NCBI RefSeq assembly: GCF_000485595.1
Contig: NW_014577081.1
Span: 865,674-898,388, forward strand
DNA from: Priapulus caudatus
Lineage: Eukaryota
DNA length: 32,715 nucleotides
Direction of reading: 5' to 3'
Numbering within the stretch: the first letter of the stretch is position 1; each line of letters begins with the position of its first letter. Below are positions 1-11,206 of this stretch, in pieces. Below the pieces are notes generated by a model. The model saw nothing but the letters and a program-made list of their open reading frames with translations, was not told where the DNA came from and did no database searches. The position numbers were made by a program, and so were the translations under genes.

Positions 1-262
1 GAGGATGTGAGGATGTTCAGAGCTGGAAGAGGGGTATGAGCTGGGGATGCTCGGGGCTGGTAAACGAATAGGAGGTGGGGTTGTTTAGGGCTAGAGAGAG
101 AGAAGGAGCTGGGGACGATCGGGGCTGGAAGCGGGAAAATGAGGTGGGGATCCTCGGGGCTGGAGGATTAGAAGCAGGCGGGAATGCTCGGTATTACAGA
201 AATAGGAAGTGGTATTATTCAGGGGTAGAAGAAGAGCAGAGGTTGATACCCATGGCTGGAAG
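1..262 (+). repeat. Degenerate purine-rich minisatellite (~27-30 bp) in SLC41 intron
   Basis: Recurrent gaggtggggatgctcggggctggaa-like units. Confidence 0.6.
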
Positions 263-802
263 AAGATGGAGTATGTCGCAGTGTTGACCAGTCACGTACG
301 CCCGGTGTTGTAAGGTGCTCGTGTACACAGGAATTCAGCTACTACGTGCATGCTTGCATCGATTATGTTTTTACTTCTCGTGAAGTTATTGTGATTTTCA
401 GTGTCCTATGTTTCTTTAGGTATTGGCATGATAGCTCTTCATTAGTGTCCTATTTTGCTTGGTTTGTTTTCTTTTCAGAATATACTGTTTTCTTAAACTC
501 TTCAACATATGAAAGGACTATTAGGAAACAAATTATCATTTAAATTTAGCTGTTTTGGTTGTAAGGTGTTGTGTTTGTTGTAAAGCACTATAGGTAAAAA
601 TTTTAATACCTTTTAAAATAATATTAAAATCTGTGCGCAGATTGCCTCGTTAACCATGCTGCGTACCATAATATATCGTTATTATTATTATTATTATTGT
701 TATTATTATTATTGCGCTCTAAACGCCACATTGCGGGCGCTGTTCGATGCAGGCGAGTGGCGATGATGACGAAGAATAACCCGACGTGTGTGTCTGTTTC
801 AG

Positions 803-970
803 GTTCTGATTCTGCTCTACGTTGCCAACTGGATGGTGCACTACATGTGGCGCAAGAAGCTCGACCCGGACCACGCGGCCATCCCGTATCTGACCGCCAT
901 CGGTGACCTGGTCGGCACAGCACTCCTGGCAGCCACCTTTTTCCTGCTAGCCACCTTCGGTAAAGAGTAA
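803..970 (+). CDS. SLC41A1: Terminal coding exon of an SLC41 (eukaryotic MgtE-type) Mg2+ transporter
   Basis: Acceptor tgtttcag at 795-802, then VLILLYVANWMVHYMWRKKLDPDHAAIPYLTAIGDLVGTALLAATFFLLATFGKE*. Closely resembles the SLC41A1 C-terminus and contains the P(D/A)x4Px6D motif. Paralog assignment is uncertain; upstream exons lie outside the window. Confidence 0.93.
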   Translation, partial: VLILLYVANWMVHYMWRKKLDPDHAAIPYLTAIGDLVGTALLAATFFLLATFGKE

Positions 971-3620
971 CAGGAGGTGCTTCCACGCCCCTCACTCATG
1001 GAGGACACGCATGTTCGACAACTGTTGGTAGGTGGCGCTGTCGTGCCAACTCTGAGATATAACCTGCAGGGGACTCGCGATCTCAACACCTATCAGCAGG
1101 TGCTGCCAGATGTCTGCTCAATAACTAGTGGTAGGTGGCGCCCCCACACCTGCTCGACAGTTAGCCAAGCAAAACCCTGTTGTAATCAGTCTTTCAGGCT
1201 AGCTGCGTCAGAATTACGCTTACTACGGACGATTACTACTAGTGGCCCATTTCACCATTACGAACCACCTGCTATCCATTAATGGTGTGGCTGCTACGAC
1301 CCAGCAAGCAAGTGGTGCAGTTAGATGCCATCTTACGTTGTAAGCGATTAGATTTCCGAAGCTGTGTAAACGGTGCTCCCTCTCTCACGTGCGTGCATGC
1401 GTGCGTAAGTGCATGCGTGCGTGTATTCTGTAGCGTGTATTGTGGTATTGTGGTGTACAGGGCATGCGAACAATGTGCAATTCCTGCTGTGAAGTCTGCC
1501 CAGAGAATACAAGGTTTCCGAGTTACAGTCTGATGAAATGTGATTTGCTGTGTTTATAAGCTTATATACATATATAAAGTTTGGATTTGAATGATTTTTT
1601 TGTGCTGGGCTGCAGGTATTTTTGTAACATTTAAAATGTAAAATGCACAAATAATGTGCAGTTGCAAGTATTGTGAGATAGTATAAAAGGTATCGCATCA
1701 TTAATTGCCGTCAGGCTGCAGTTACATACCAGCATGGCGTTTTTCAATCGGTGTTGGACTATGGACCACCAGCAACATGCACACCTGTACATTATCTAGA
1801 TTGCAATACGTACAATATACAATTGTATAGATACGTTCATGCGAGTAATTATTATAGATCAATATCCTCGTGAATTGTGATCGTATTTATTTTCTACGTG
1901 GCAGCTTACCGATCGGTAATAACTTGATCGGTAAGCAGCATATATAATAACTGCCAGGATTGTGAACCACTGATGTGGCTGGCTAGCGTAAATATGCAAA
2001 GGTTAGCAAACTTGGAATTCCATCTGTTACTGTGAAATAACGAATGCTAAGCATCGTTGCATAAAGTTGTACGTGGTCTTTAAATAATCCACCAGTTACA
2101 TGGGAGGGACATTGTCGTGTGATTTATACACTATATAAATTTCATCTTTCCTGATGCTTCACCCTCTATTTTTAATATTGGGGAAAATTATACAAATATA
2201 TGTTTGTTTGCGTGCATGTGTGCTTGTGAGCGTGGGTGCGTGATTGTGTCCATGCATATTTACGCGATTGATAGTTTGGTGAAACACTTTACATCTTGGA
2301 TAGACGTTATTTTGTTAACAAAATCATTTATTCACTGAAATTGATATGTGAACATATATCAGAGTAAGATCAGCTTTGATCTAATGATGTTTTTTTATTA
2401 GAGATATGAAAATATAATAAATTATACCATTTATTACAGACATTTCAAACCTGGCCTGTATTGATTTCTTGTTTAGCATACGGTCTGCATGGCAAGACCT
2501 GCCACAGCCTTTTAACTGTAAAAGAATATACTATGGCCTAAACTCTGAACAAATATCTAGATAGCTGGGAAATCATAGCGTTTCTGTCAGCATATTATCC
2601 CTGCAGTAAGAAAATAATTACAACAACAAGTCCATATTGATATCGAGACTAGATAATATTGCTCAGTAAATTGCATAAATCACATGTGATTGCAATAAAA
2701 ATTTATTTACTTTTGTTAAAAATCACATTATATAACGATTTTTGCATAATCTTGCCCTGTTATACATATGTACACAATTACAGGTATCTGCATAACTTTA
2801 TCCACCCATCAATAACAATTACTGCATCCACTCATTGACATAATTGACTTCACTATTAAAACTGTGATTCAATCAGCATACATAGGTTCCAGCAAAAATT
2901 ACAGAATGGGATACTGAGAACAACTCGTACAGTTCAATGCACGCTAATATATCTCCTACGTTCTATCACGATAAAATCACGTTGTGCGACAAGTGCTGGA
3001 CACACCCAAAAGTGACTCTAGGTCCAGCCTAGACAATAAAATCTGGACAAAGGCAGCTCATGTGAAACCTAAGTAGAGAAGTAAATCACAGATTGCGCAC
3101 GATAATGCCCGTTGAAAGAACAGATGCCAACACTTATTTGAAGCAATCTGTAGTTTCTGGCCATCAAATTAGTAGTTCGGTTTGTTAGGGGGGTCCGGCA
3201 TGCCCCCCGGGAAATTTTTTGATTCCGAGATGCAATTTCCTGCATTCTGAGGGTCAAAAATGACAATAATTTTAGTTTGATACAAACTGGTCGTAGTGGT
3301 GCAAAAGGAATAGAAATTCGTATAAAATACGGATAAATCGTAGTGGTTGGCATCTCTGAAACAAGCCCACCACGTGCACACAAAGCACCTTGCACGCGCA
3401 CATTCACACGATGCATAACCGTAATCTCGAACCGATATCGCGGCGTAATACAAAGTTTAACAGTGAGAAACATCATCGCAAAGTAGCAATGTAGCACCAA
3501 GCCTGTACATTACTACTCTAGAGCAATGTGGACAGGTGATTGGCAAAGCTGGCCCCTCCCCCCACTGGCTACTTGCAATGAGAATCTACTTCTGGGAACT
3601 GCCAGCCTGGAGGCGGCGAG

Positions 3621-3909
3621 CTAAGCTCTTGGCGAAACCAGCTTCTCATCAACGACGTGCTTGAGTCGCGTACCCTGTCGAATGTCCTGCATCAGCGCCA
3701 CCCTTGAAGAACTCTGAACGATGACGTCCGGCACCACCTCTGGGCCATTTCTCGCAGCTACGGGTTTTGAGGTCGATGCCGCTGATGTCTGTACTGATTC
3801 TGTCAGAGGCTGCGGTGGTCGCTTAACTGGCTTCTTTGAGGAGGATGAGGATGCTACAGACGATCGACGCCGCTGCTCCACTGTCGCGTGAGCTGCATTA
3901 GATTTTCTA
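3621..3909 (-). CDS. Slob: Slob/PXK-like last exon (Ser/Pro-rich linker + WH2 actin-binding motif)
   Basis: Acceptor ttgcag at 3910-3915; reads RKSNAAHATVEQRRRSS...SSRVALMQDIRQGTRLKHVVDEKLVSPRA*. RxALMxxIRxGxxLKHV fits the WH2 consensus. Confidence 0.85.
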
Positions 3910-3956
3910 CTGCAAACATTTCAACATAACTATTATTAGACGGTCCAACTTTTGAG

Positions 3957-4150
3957 TACTGTACGTATATGCCATATTTCTCGCGTACAGATATTTTCGC
4001 GAATTCAGACTTGATGGACAATTTCCCGAGTGGTTAATTACGCAGTCGGTGAATTATGAATTATTTGTGTTGTTATTATTATCGCGGTCGGGGACGCGTT
4101 CGCAAAATTCGCGAAAATGAAACCACCGCGAAATATACAGCTTATACAGG
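3957..4150. mobile_element. Degenerate MITE in Slob intron
   Basis: tactgta...tatacag ends with inverted ttttcgcg/cgcgaaaa subrepeats. Confidence 0.55.
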
Positions 4151-4336
4151 AGCTTGAAAGCTGAATACAACGGAAAGTCCCTGAAATCGTTTTACTTCAG
4201 CAGATAACATCCAATTTGTAACAATCTTCTAAGTGGCATGCAGGCAGATTGCCATTAAAAAATGATAGGAACACGATTTGACCCCCCCCCCCCGTAACCC
4301 TGGCACGATGGATGTGCGCACATAGACGATGCCTAC

Positions 4337-4485
4337 CCATGCCGACCACCATGGCTCTGAAGCCGACTGGCTTCGTTACACGCTTTCAGCAGTGACTTCA
4401 TAGCCGGCGTCATCTTGATCGGCGCTGGATTATACATCCTCAGCTCTCTCAAATCAACGCATCTGAAGAAGGCATGCTCGGCTAT
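4337..4485 (-). CDS. Slob: Slob/PXK-like exon
   Basis: IAEHAFFRCVDLRELRMYNPAPIKMTPAMKSLLKAC...; AG/GT flanks; phase 0 in, phase 2 out, matching neighbours. Confidence 0.85.
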
Positions 4486-4665
4486 CTGCAAACAGTCGTC
4501 AGCAGTCACTGTCTTACATCTGCATTGCGACAGTGCAGAGGCTTCTTCCTTCGTGCTGAATGGTAACAACACGTAAAGTGATCCCCTGTATCAACCTGTA
4601 TACCAATATATAACTACCTTCACCAATCAGCAGCACTAGTTGCCTGCTGCTATTGTGCATAAACG

Positions 4666-4667
<2 letters not shown>

Positions 4668-4709
<42 letters not shown>

Positions 4710-4830
4710 CTCGCTTGCTGCTTCTGCTATTGCTGCTACTGCTGGCTGCTATTGCTGCTGCTGCCACTAATAATATTATTTGCATTATTAATAAAAATAT
4801 TATAATAATATAATATTAATATTATATTAT
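4668..4830. repeat. (GCT)n followed by (AAT/ATT)n microsatellite
   Basis: Seen directly; intronic. Confidence 0.9.
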
Positions 4831-5267
4831 GAGTAGGATAAGAATACAATTCCAAAATAATACATGTAAGCCAGTCCCCTCTATTTGCAGCAATTTTTTA
4901 CACATTAACTTTCCATTTAAGTTTGAAAGGTGTGGTCAATTGTACTATCAATTGTATCTGCACTGTATCTCCTAGCAATGAGCAATAATGTCATTAGGAC
5001 TCTAGCTAGCCAATATCTAACTTTACTAATTCGACCTATAATTTAGAGACAATACATTTGTGAGGCACTGCAAAATGACCGTATCACCACCCAGTGTTGA
5101 CAGCACTCATTTTAATAGCCCACGACTCACATCGCTATATAAATGTTAGCCCAGTAATGCACACGCTATATGCTAGCTACAGAATAAGATATGTTGGCTT
5201 ATAATTCATGTTACAATGTTTCACATGCTCACAACCATATTGATCATGTGCACCAATGTGTACCAAC

Positions 5268-5413
5268 CTCCTTTATGCTGGGAGTGACCTCACTGTGAAA
5301 AATGAAATTCAAGATCTCTACTGCGTCGTGTCCTGCAACGTCCAGTAGATGGCGTGGTTGTGGTGCTGCACAATCTAGTTCATACCCAGTACACATCTCA
5401 AAGAGCAGATGTC
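5268..5413 (-). CDS. Slob: Slob/PXK-like exon (kinase-like C-lobe)
   Basis: (G)HLLFEMCTGYELDCAAPQPRHLLDVAGHDAVEILNFIFHSEVTPSIKE; tttag acceptor, gttggt donor. Confidence 0.9.
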
Positions 5414-5513
5414 CTAAACAGTGCGGAGATTCGTACACATTACGGAAGAAGTATATCTACAGCAGTGATTCATATGCCTGCATTAAAGGAGAGTATCTAT
5501 CTCTTTCTTGGTT

Positions 5514-5558
<45 letters not shown>

Positions 5559-5761
5559 CACACAGACGCACGCACGCACGCATGCACGCACGCACACACG
5601 CACACACTCACTCACTCACTCACTCACTCACTCACTCACTGTCTGTCCTTCTATCTGTGTGTCTGTCTGTCTGTCTCACTCTCTCACTCTCTCTCTCTCG
5701 CTATCACACACATGCACGCACATGCACACACACGCACGCACGCACGCACGCACGCGCACAC
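5514..5761. repeat. Compound (CT)n/(GCAC)n/(CACT)n microsatellite
   Basis: Seen directly; intronic. Confidence 0.92.
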
Positions 5762-5820
5762 AGTTGCTTATGCACAATATTGTAGCATGATACAGATCAC
5801 AATTGCTACTAAAAACTCAC

Positions 5821-5927
5821 CAAAGCACAGGCTGTCAAATGCCTGTGGCTGTTCCTTTATTTGCCTCTTAATTAGAGGCTGAATTTTGGGTTTTACACTC
5901 AGGAAGACATTAGCCAGCACATCAAGC
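5821..5927 (-). CDS. Slob: Slob/PXK-like exon (reading frame not in the ORF track)
   Basis: (R)LDVLANVFLSVKPKIQPLIKRQIKEQPQAFDSLCF(G); ttgcag acceptor, gtgagt donor; phases 2/1 link both neighbours. Confidence 0.85.
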
Positions 5928-6144
5928 CTGCAATAATTATAATAATGATATCAATAATTAATGGTATAGGTATAAATTCCATGTTATACATTGATTTATA
6001 TATAACATTGTAAGGTCTGAGATGTTTCAGATATCCTTTGTAAATGGTTGAAAAAAATCTAGCATTAAAAATCAGGAACATAAACTAAACATGATTTTTC
6101 ACAATATTAATAGTACAAGATGTTAAAAGCATATAGTTGCTGAC

Positions 6145-6329
6145 CTGCATTGGCCATCCTTTTGAAAAATAACATTCCCAGAATGAAGGTGATTAAGAGA
6201 TGTGAGACCCTTTTCTGCTAGAAACAACATGGCTACCAGGATTTGTTTGCACTGCCGTTGCATAGCGGCCACAGCAACTGGAGTTCCGCGGCTTCCATAC
6301 TTTATCTGATAACAGTCCGAGGGCTTGCT
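6145..6329 (-). CDS. Slob: Slob/PXK-like exon with degenerate catalytic loop
   Basis: SKPSDCYQIKYGSRG...QILVAMLFLAEKGLTSLNHLHSGNVIFQKDGQCR; the HxHxGN loop lacks the HRD Asp, as expected of a pseudokinase. Confidence 0.9.
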
Positions 6330-6540
6330 CTGAAGTGATAGTGAACCATTATATATGTGTGAAGTTGAAAGATGACGCATACTAAGAGGTGATCGATCGA
6401 TCACATAACGACTAAACCCCAAAATTAAAGACCATTCACATTGGACGGAAACCTGATGTCTATGTTTATTACAGTGATTCTCGTTTGAACATGAACTCTG
6501 TGACTATAGAACAGTAAAATGGCTTGAATAGCTCACTCAC

Positions 6541-6651
6541 ACGATAGATGGCATCTTTGAGTGAACCTCCTTTGCTGCACGTCTGCAGTACAACGCAGAG
6601 GTTCTGATCTGGTATGAAGTCAATGGAGAGCTCACTGAAGATGTACGGATG
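6541..6651 (-). CDS. Slob: Slob/PXK-like exon
   Basis: HPYIFSELSIDFIPDQNLCVVLQTCSKGGSLKDAIYR; ttttttccag acceptor, gtgagt donor. Confidence 0.9.
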
Positions 6652-7277
6652 CTGGAAAAAAAGTGAGTGCAACGAGCGTAGTGTAATGAGTGTTAACGAG
6701 TGAGTGTGAGAGAATTAACTTCTCATGGAAAGACCAATAATGTTACTGTTAATTATCAAGCTCTTGGCACTATCAACTCCCTCTGATATTGCATATGTAG
6801 CTCATAAGCGTAAACACTAGGTGTAGGTTACGTCTCTGCGTGAGCATTCCAATGTGTGAAAACCTTGCTAATTTTACAATAATCCTCGATTATACAGGTC
6901 ACAACCTGACAATGGTGACATAATACGAATGCATGAAAGATTATGAGCACCATAGGAAGAAACACTCCTATTATTAGCTCTCTATACTATTTATGATAAG
7001 CACTATATTACATCTACGCATATGAGTTAGTATTTGAGTATAGATACAAAAACTACATTACCTGCCGAAAAACATTTTTTACTACCATTTATTTTTGAGC
7101 AGATGTGTTAATGTGTTAATTTATGAGAAGACATAAGAATTCATAATCCACATAGTAAAACAGATAACATTACTGAAAACAGTGGGATACATGCAGCCGT
7201 GACCGCAATTCTGCTATTTTCAATGACAGCTTTACCAGGGCCTCTACATGTTACCCAATGGTAGTTTATCTTACTAC

Positions 7278-7429
7278 CTGTAAGAGCAGGAGCAACTCAT
7301 TCAGCGTCTTGCAAGTCATATCTGTGAAGGGAAGTGGGCAGCCGGCAGATCGCGGGAACATGCAGAGGAGAATATGCGACTTTGCTCCAACTTTGCGCAC
7401 GTGGAACCAGTGCTTCTGCGCCCGACTGC
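7278..7429 (-). CDS. Slob: Slob/PXK-like exon
   Basis: (G)SRAQKHWFHVRKVGAKSHILLCMFPRSAGCPLPFTDMTCKTLNELLLLLQ; ccttcag acceptor. Confidence 0.88.
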
Positions 7430-7833
7430 CTGAAGGACAGAAACGCGGACTTGCATCACAGTAAGCGTTCACCGTGTACAGGAAAGAATGCAAGTTAATA
7501 TGACAGCAGTCTAGCAAATCCATAGGTGAGAGAAAGCCAGGTGATGAACAACCATTACTTACACTATGCTACAATGTTGATTATAATTTCCAAACAACCT
7601 AGCTGGTGCTCACTGAAAATACGTGAACATAACAGGTAGCACTCAGTCAGCATTGCAGGGAATTCAACCCATGTGTGTGTACATTATTTTGTTTTAGGCT
7701 TTACAAGGTCCCTAGAACTCACGTTCACTGTGGTGTATGGAAAATAGTCATTCTATTGTTGAATGGATACTTGGCAGAAGAACTGGACATGTGTTTACTA
7801 CTGAAGCAGTGCATTTAACATTATAGTCCATAC

Positions 7834-7911
7834 CAATGGAAGGGCACTGTCGTAGCAGCACATAATGACCAGTCGAACGCAGGTAGTACTGACAGTTCAG
7901 CAGCGCTACAT
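7834..7911 (-). CDS. Slob: Slob/PXK-like exon (not in the ORF track)
   Basis: xVALLNCQYYLRSTGHYVLLRQCPSI(G); tttttcag acceptor, gtatgg donor; CxxYLRS followed by IGSR matches the Slob N-lobe. Confidence 0.85.
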
Positions 7912-8100
7912 CTGAAAAACCATTCACATACAGTAAATGCTATCACATGCCATATTGCAGACAAACATCAGAATTCATGTAATCAGAAAAACGTCTGTGA
8001 GATTTTGCGCAAAAATCTTCGCTCACATACAACAGGTAATACAATAACCTAACCCACAGAGTAACCTACTTAGTGTTCTACTCTGTTGAGTTACATTATT

Positions 8101-8277
8101 GTACCTAACCAGCGAAAAAAATACACGGGAGCGGCGAGCGATTTCGCTCCCGTCAGCTTTCAAAGCGCTTCTGGTAACAACAATTACGAGAGCAAAAATT
8201 TTGAAGCTACGAGAAAAAATCGCTCCCGTGCCGCGGCAGCGTTACGAACCCGTTCCTCAACATAGACAGCTAGGTAC
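8101..8277. mobile_element. Small MITE-like element
   Basis: GTACCTA...TAGGTAC termini; shares aattacgagagc and gctcccgt motifs with the sequence around the hairpin at 9352-9401 and its copy near 16105-16170. Confidence 0.5.
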
Positions 8278-9537
8278 CGTATCCAAAACATCTAGAGCTG
8301 CATGAACTCCTCAACGCATGATTCGCCACACGAACAAAAACTCGCGACAGTCAAGAAATCAATGTGTTTTTTAACTTTTTATAACCGCGCTAACAATAAG
8401 TTTATATATCGCAGGGTTATTGTGGGAAGTTAGGGCACGACCAGTGACACATGACACGCACGTAATCCAAGCTGTTTTCTGAATTCGTCACGTAGAAAGT
8501 GGACTGTTTTTATTCAGGTAGATATTTAGAAGAAATGTATACTGTATATACTTGAAGATTCTAGGCACTTGCAACTTTGTGATGTGCCGGCAGCATTGAT
8601 AGATCTATGCATGGGGGTACCGTGGACTGGGGAAAAGAAAAACGAAAGTAAACCTTACCAGAAGCTCCCCGACATTCCTAGAGATTGAAACATTATTTGA
8701 CCAACTCTAATTAAGTTACATCAAGGAGGTTAATGAAGACACTATTGTCTTCATTAACTCCTTGTTACGCGTATGCTGGTTTTAAATTCCAATGGTTACC
8801 TTTATATACTATTTTGTTACTCACTGCTAGTAAAAAAGCTGGCCACCAAATTTTTGGCAGATCCACCAACTTTCTGAGTTGGTGGTCCTGCTGTCCACTA
8901 GATTTTCAGCCGAAATTCGAACCCTGCGGTGCGCGGGCTCGACAAACCCGCTTGCCCGATGGCCCGGGGCAACCAAAATTCGCCCCGGGGCAGCGTAGCT
9001 TGAAATTGCACTTCCCTGTTCGGGCAAGCAAGTTTTTTTATTGATGGCTAGACATAACGAGATTTGAATTAAAAAACAATGCAAATGAGACAATCAGTGC
9101 ATGCAGTCATACTTTGTACACAACATGCATACAGCAACATGTAAACCCGGCCTCTGTGATTTTGTCACCATTAGGAATAATTTGTGACCTCGTCGATTTT
9201 GCCGAAGCATAATCTTGACTTTTGTTTGGGAAACACCTTTACGATAATTAGACACACAATTTCTGGCTTCTGTGACATTATTAGAGTCAGATGCATCAAA
9301 ATTATGAAAATTTTAACAAAATCATGCTACGAAATTGCCTCCGTAAACAAAATTACGAGAGCTCTTTTTTTCCGACAAAATCAAAAAAGAGCTCTCGTAA
9401 TAAAAAAAGTATTTTTTAGGCTGTACCTAACGTAATCGTGAATCTGCACTTGTAGCACTAAAAGTGGATGACACGACGCTGTTACAAATGCTTGATAGGT
9501 GCACAACAACAGCTATTCTGTAGAAGCTGCAAGTTAC

Positions 9538-9637
9538 CTTGTACTGCTTCTTCCTGCTCCCTCCGCTCTCCCTCCATCCTCTCGGCTAGTGACATTTGCA
9601 TCTCTCAGAACCGTGTAGTCATAGCGACGATAGCTGC
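9538..9637 (-). CDS. Probable N-terminal Slob exon
   Basis: xSYRRYDYTVLRDANVTSREDGGRAEGAGRSSTR; strong tattttag acceptor and gtaact donor, open frame. Confidence 0.6.
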
Positions 9638-9802
9638 CTAAAATACAAGATTGGGAAACAAGCCATGCAGGCAAATATAATTGTAAACAGATCAATCTGT
9701 TATTACATCACTTCAAGTATTAATGGTGAAATCAGTACCACACCACCTACAGGTGTGACTTGCACATCTGTGATGCTGAGAGGGTCAAAGGTAACTGCTT
9801 AC

Positions 9803-9987
9803 ATGCATCTCCACATCAGCCAGGCAAAGATAGGCCAATGTAAGCAGTGAGAGCAAGACCAGTAGGACGATCCCCTGCAAGACACATTATGTCTGTAGTC
9901 AGTGACAGTGCAAATTAAGGCGGGCAATTGATGAGCTACATTTGGTATTGTGATGATTTCACCTGGCAACGCGACTGGTAGCGCCAT
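9803..9987 (-). CDS. Possible first coding exon of Slob-like gene
   Basis: ORF MALPVALPGE...FAWLMWRC ends at a strong GTAAGC donor; the true start could instead be the internal Met of MWRC. Confidence 0.4.
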
Positions 9988-10486
9988 GGATTGTTTATGA
10001 GGAACTCTTTTATGGACTCTTGATATTTAGCAAAAAAAACAACAACGAAGTTCCGGTATTTGGCCATTTTTGCAGCTGCTTCATTTCCCCACCCACTCAG
10101 CGTCTAGTTTTGAAAAATTAGGGCTTCTATTTTTGAAACTTTTTGTCCATTTTTCATAAAAAATATTGATTATTTGGGTTTCAAACCAAAATTCCTAATT
10201 TTTTCAAACCAATTTTTTTTCAAATTACGTGTTCAAAGTTACCCCAGTTGACGGTACCGTAAAATACTTATGTTGTAACAAAACCGGGCAATACTAAAAG
10301 CCTCGGATACTAGTACTATACTTAGTAGGTATTTGTGGAATTTGTGCTAGTATTATATTACTGTTTGCAGAGGAGCTGCGCACGTCTGCACTATAATGCC
10401 AATCAATTCTAAAATGAAAATGATACACCGGCACGTGTCACGTGCACACTCAACCACACTCTCCGTGACACTGGCACTATGGTCAT

Positions 10487-10670
10487 AGGGTCTATGTCCC
10501 CGCGGTACTGCCGGAACGTACCCTGGTAACTATTTGATTATGGTTAGGGTTAGGGTTAGGGAGTAGGCGTAGCAACTCTCTAGACTCGTTAGTGGAGTAG
10601 GCAAGTACGGTCCGGCAATATTAGATAGCTACCAGGGTACGTTCCGCAATAGCCTGGGGACATAGACCCT
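10487..10670. mobile_element. MITE with ~45-bp TIRs and internal (TTAGGG)n
   Basis: AGGGTCTATGTCCC...GGAACGTACCCTGGTA paired with TACCAGGGTACGTTCC...GGGACATAGACCCT; copy at about 17213-17404. Confidence 0.7.
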
Positions 10671-10753
10671 CTCACGGCACTATGTACACAACATTAGTTC
10701 AAGAAAACGGTCTTGCTAGGGTTAGCAAGACCCGTATAGACAATCGGTCACAC

Positions 10754-11145
10754 CACAGGCACTTGAAAACGTCTCAATAAAATAAAAAAAAGTAAATAAA
10801 CACGAAATGTATTTACTACCAAAGTCGTACTCTAATTTCACCTATAATCACCTCTTTCACCTGTAAATGCCGGTCAAATGCTCATCTGCAACACACAAGT
10901 ACACCGCACGCCAGCTGCTGCACACTGACACATAACTATATATTTATGTGTCAGTGTGCAGCAGCTAGCGTGCGGCGGCCAGCATGTGACAGGTGTGTTG
11001 CAGATGAGCATTTGGACGGCATTTACAGGAAATTGTCGGCCAATAATAGTGAAAAGAGAGTAGAGAAACATTAAGGCTTTGCGTAGTAAATAGATTTCGT
11101 ATTTATTTACCATTATATTTTATTGAAACGCTCCAAGTGCCTGTG
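10754..11145. mobile_element. MITE with long TIRs and central hairpin
   Basis: CACAGGCACTTG...CAAGTGCCTGTG ends; long imperfect arms; central palindrome gctgctgcacactgacacataa...ttatgtgtcagtgtgcagcagc; same family as the 11207-13347 outer layer. Confidence 0.75.
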
Positions 11146-11206
11146 CCTCGCACAGCCTGGTCGGGCTACACAACACGGCCATAAGTACATTAGTAGGGCC
11201 TAAGAC

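Larger units (their letters stand above)
3621..9987 (-). other. Slob: Gene span: slowpoke-binding protein (Slob)/PXK-like pseudokinase with C-terminal WH2 motif
   Basis: Phase-consistent GT-AG exons: 7834-7911, 7278-7429, 6541-6651, 6145-6329, 5821-5927, 5268-5413, 4337-4485, 3621-3909. Putative 5' exons: 9803-9987, 9739-9746, 9538-9637, 8659-8677, 8070-8082. Motifs GSRxxKHWF, LQHPYI, GSLKDxIY, HLHSGNV and FGHLLFEM are typical of Slob/PXK. No PX domain seen. Confidence 0.85.

Noticed and set aside
1904..1936. 11-bp stem hairpin in the presumed SLC41 3' UTR
   Set aside because: Too short for a miRNA precursor and lacks SECIS or IRE features; no support for function.
5302..5882. Long + strand ORFs rich in SL/HT/AR (also 22513-22924, 23333-23641, 24496-25016, 29835-30044, 30921-31291)
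   Set aside because: Translations of microsatellites with no protein-like features.
8278..8297. Alternative 20-nt Slob exon (SRCFGY) that would also fix the phase
   Set aside because: Its donor GT is supplied by the MITE end (GTACCT) and is weak; the 19+13 nt solution has better donors, though this option is not fully excluded.
10541..10561. Telomere or chromosome end from (TTAGGG)n (also ~13063-13097, 17268-17292, 18209-18246, 29655-29681)
   Set aside because: Only a few units, mostly internal to MITE-like elements.
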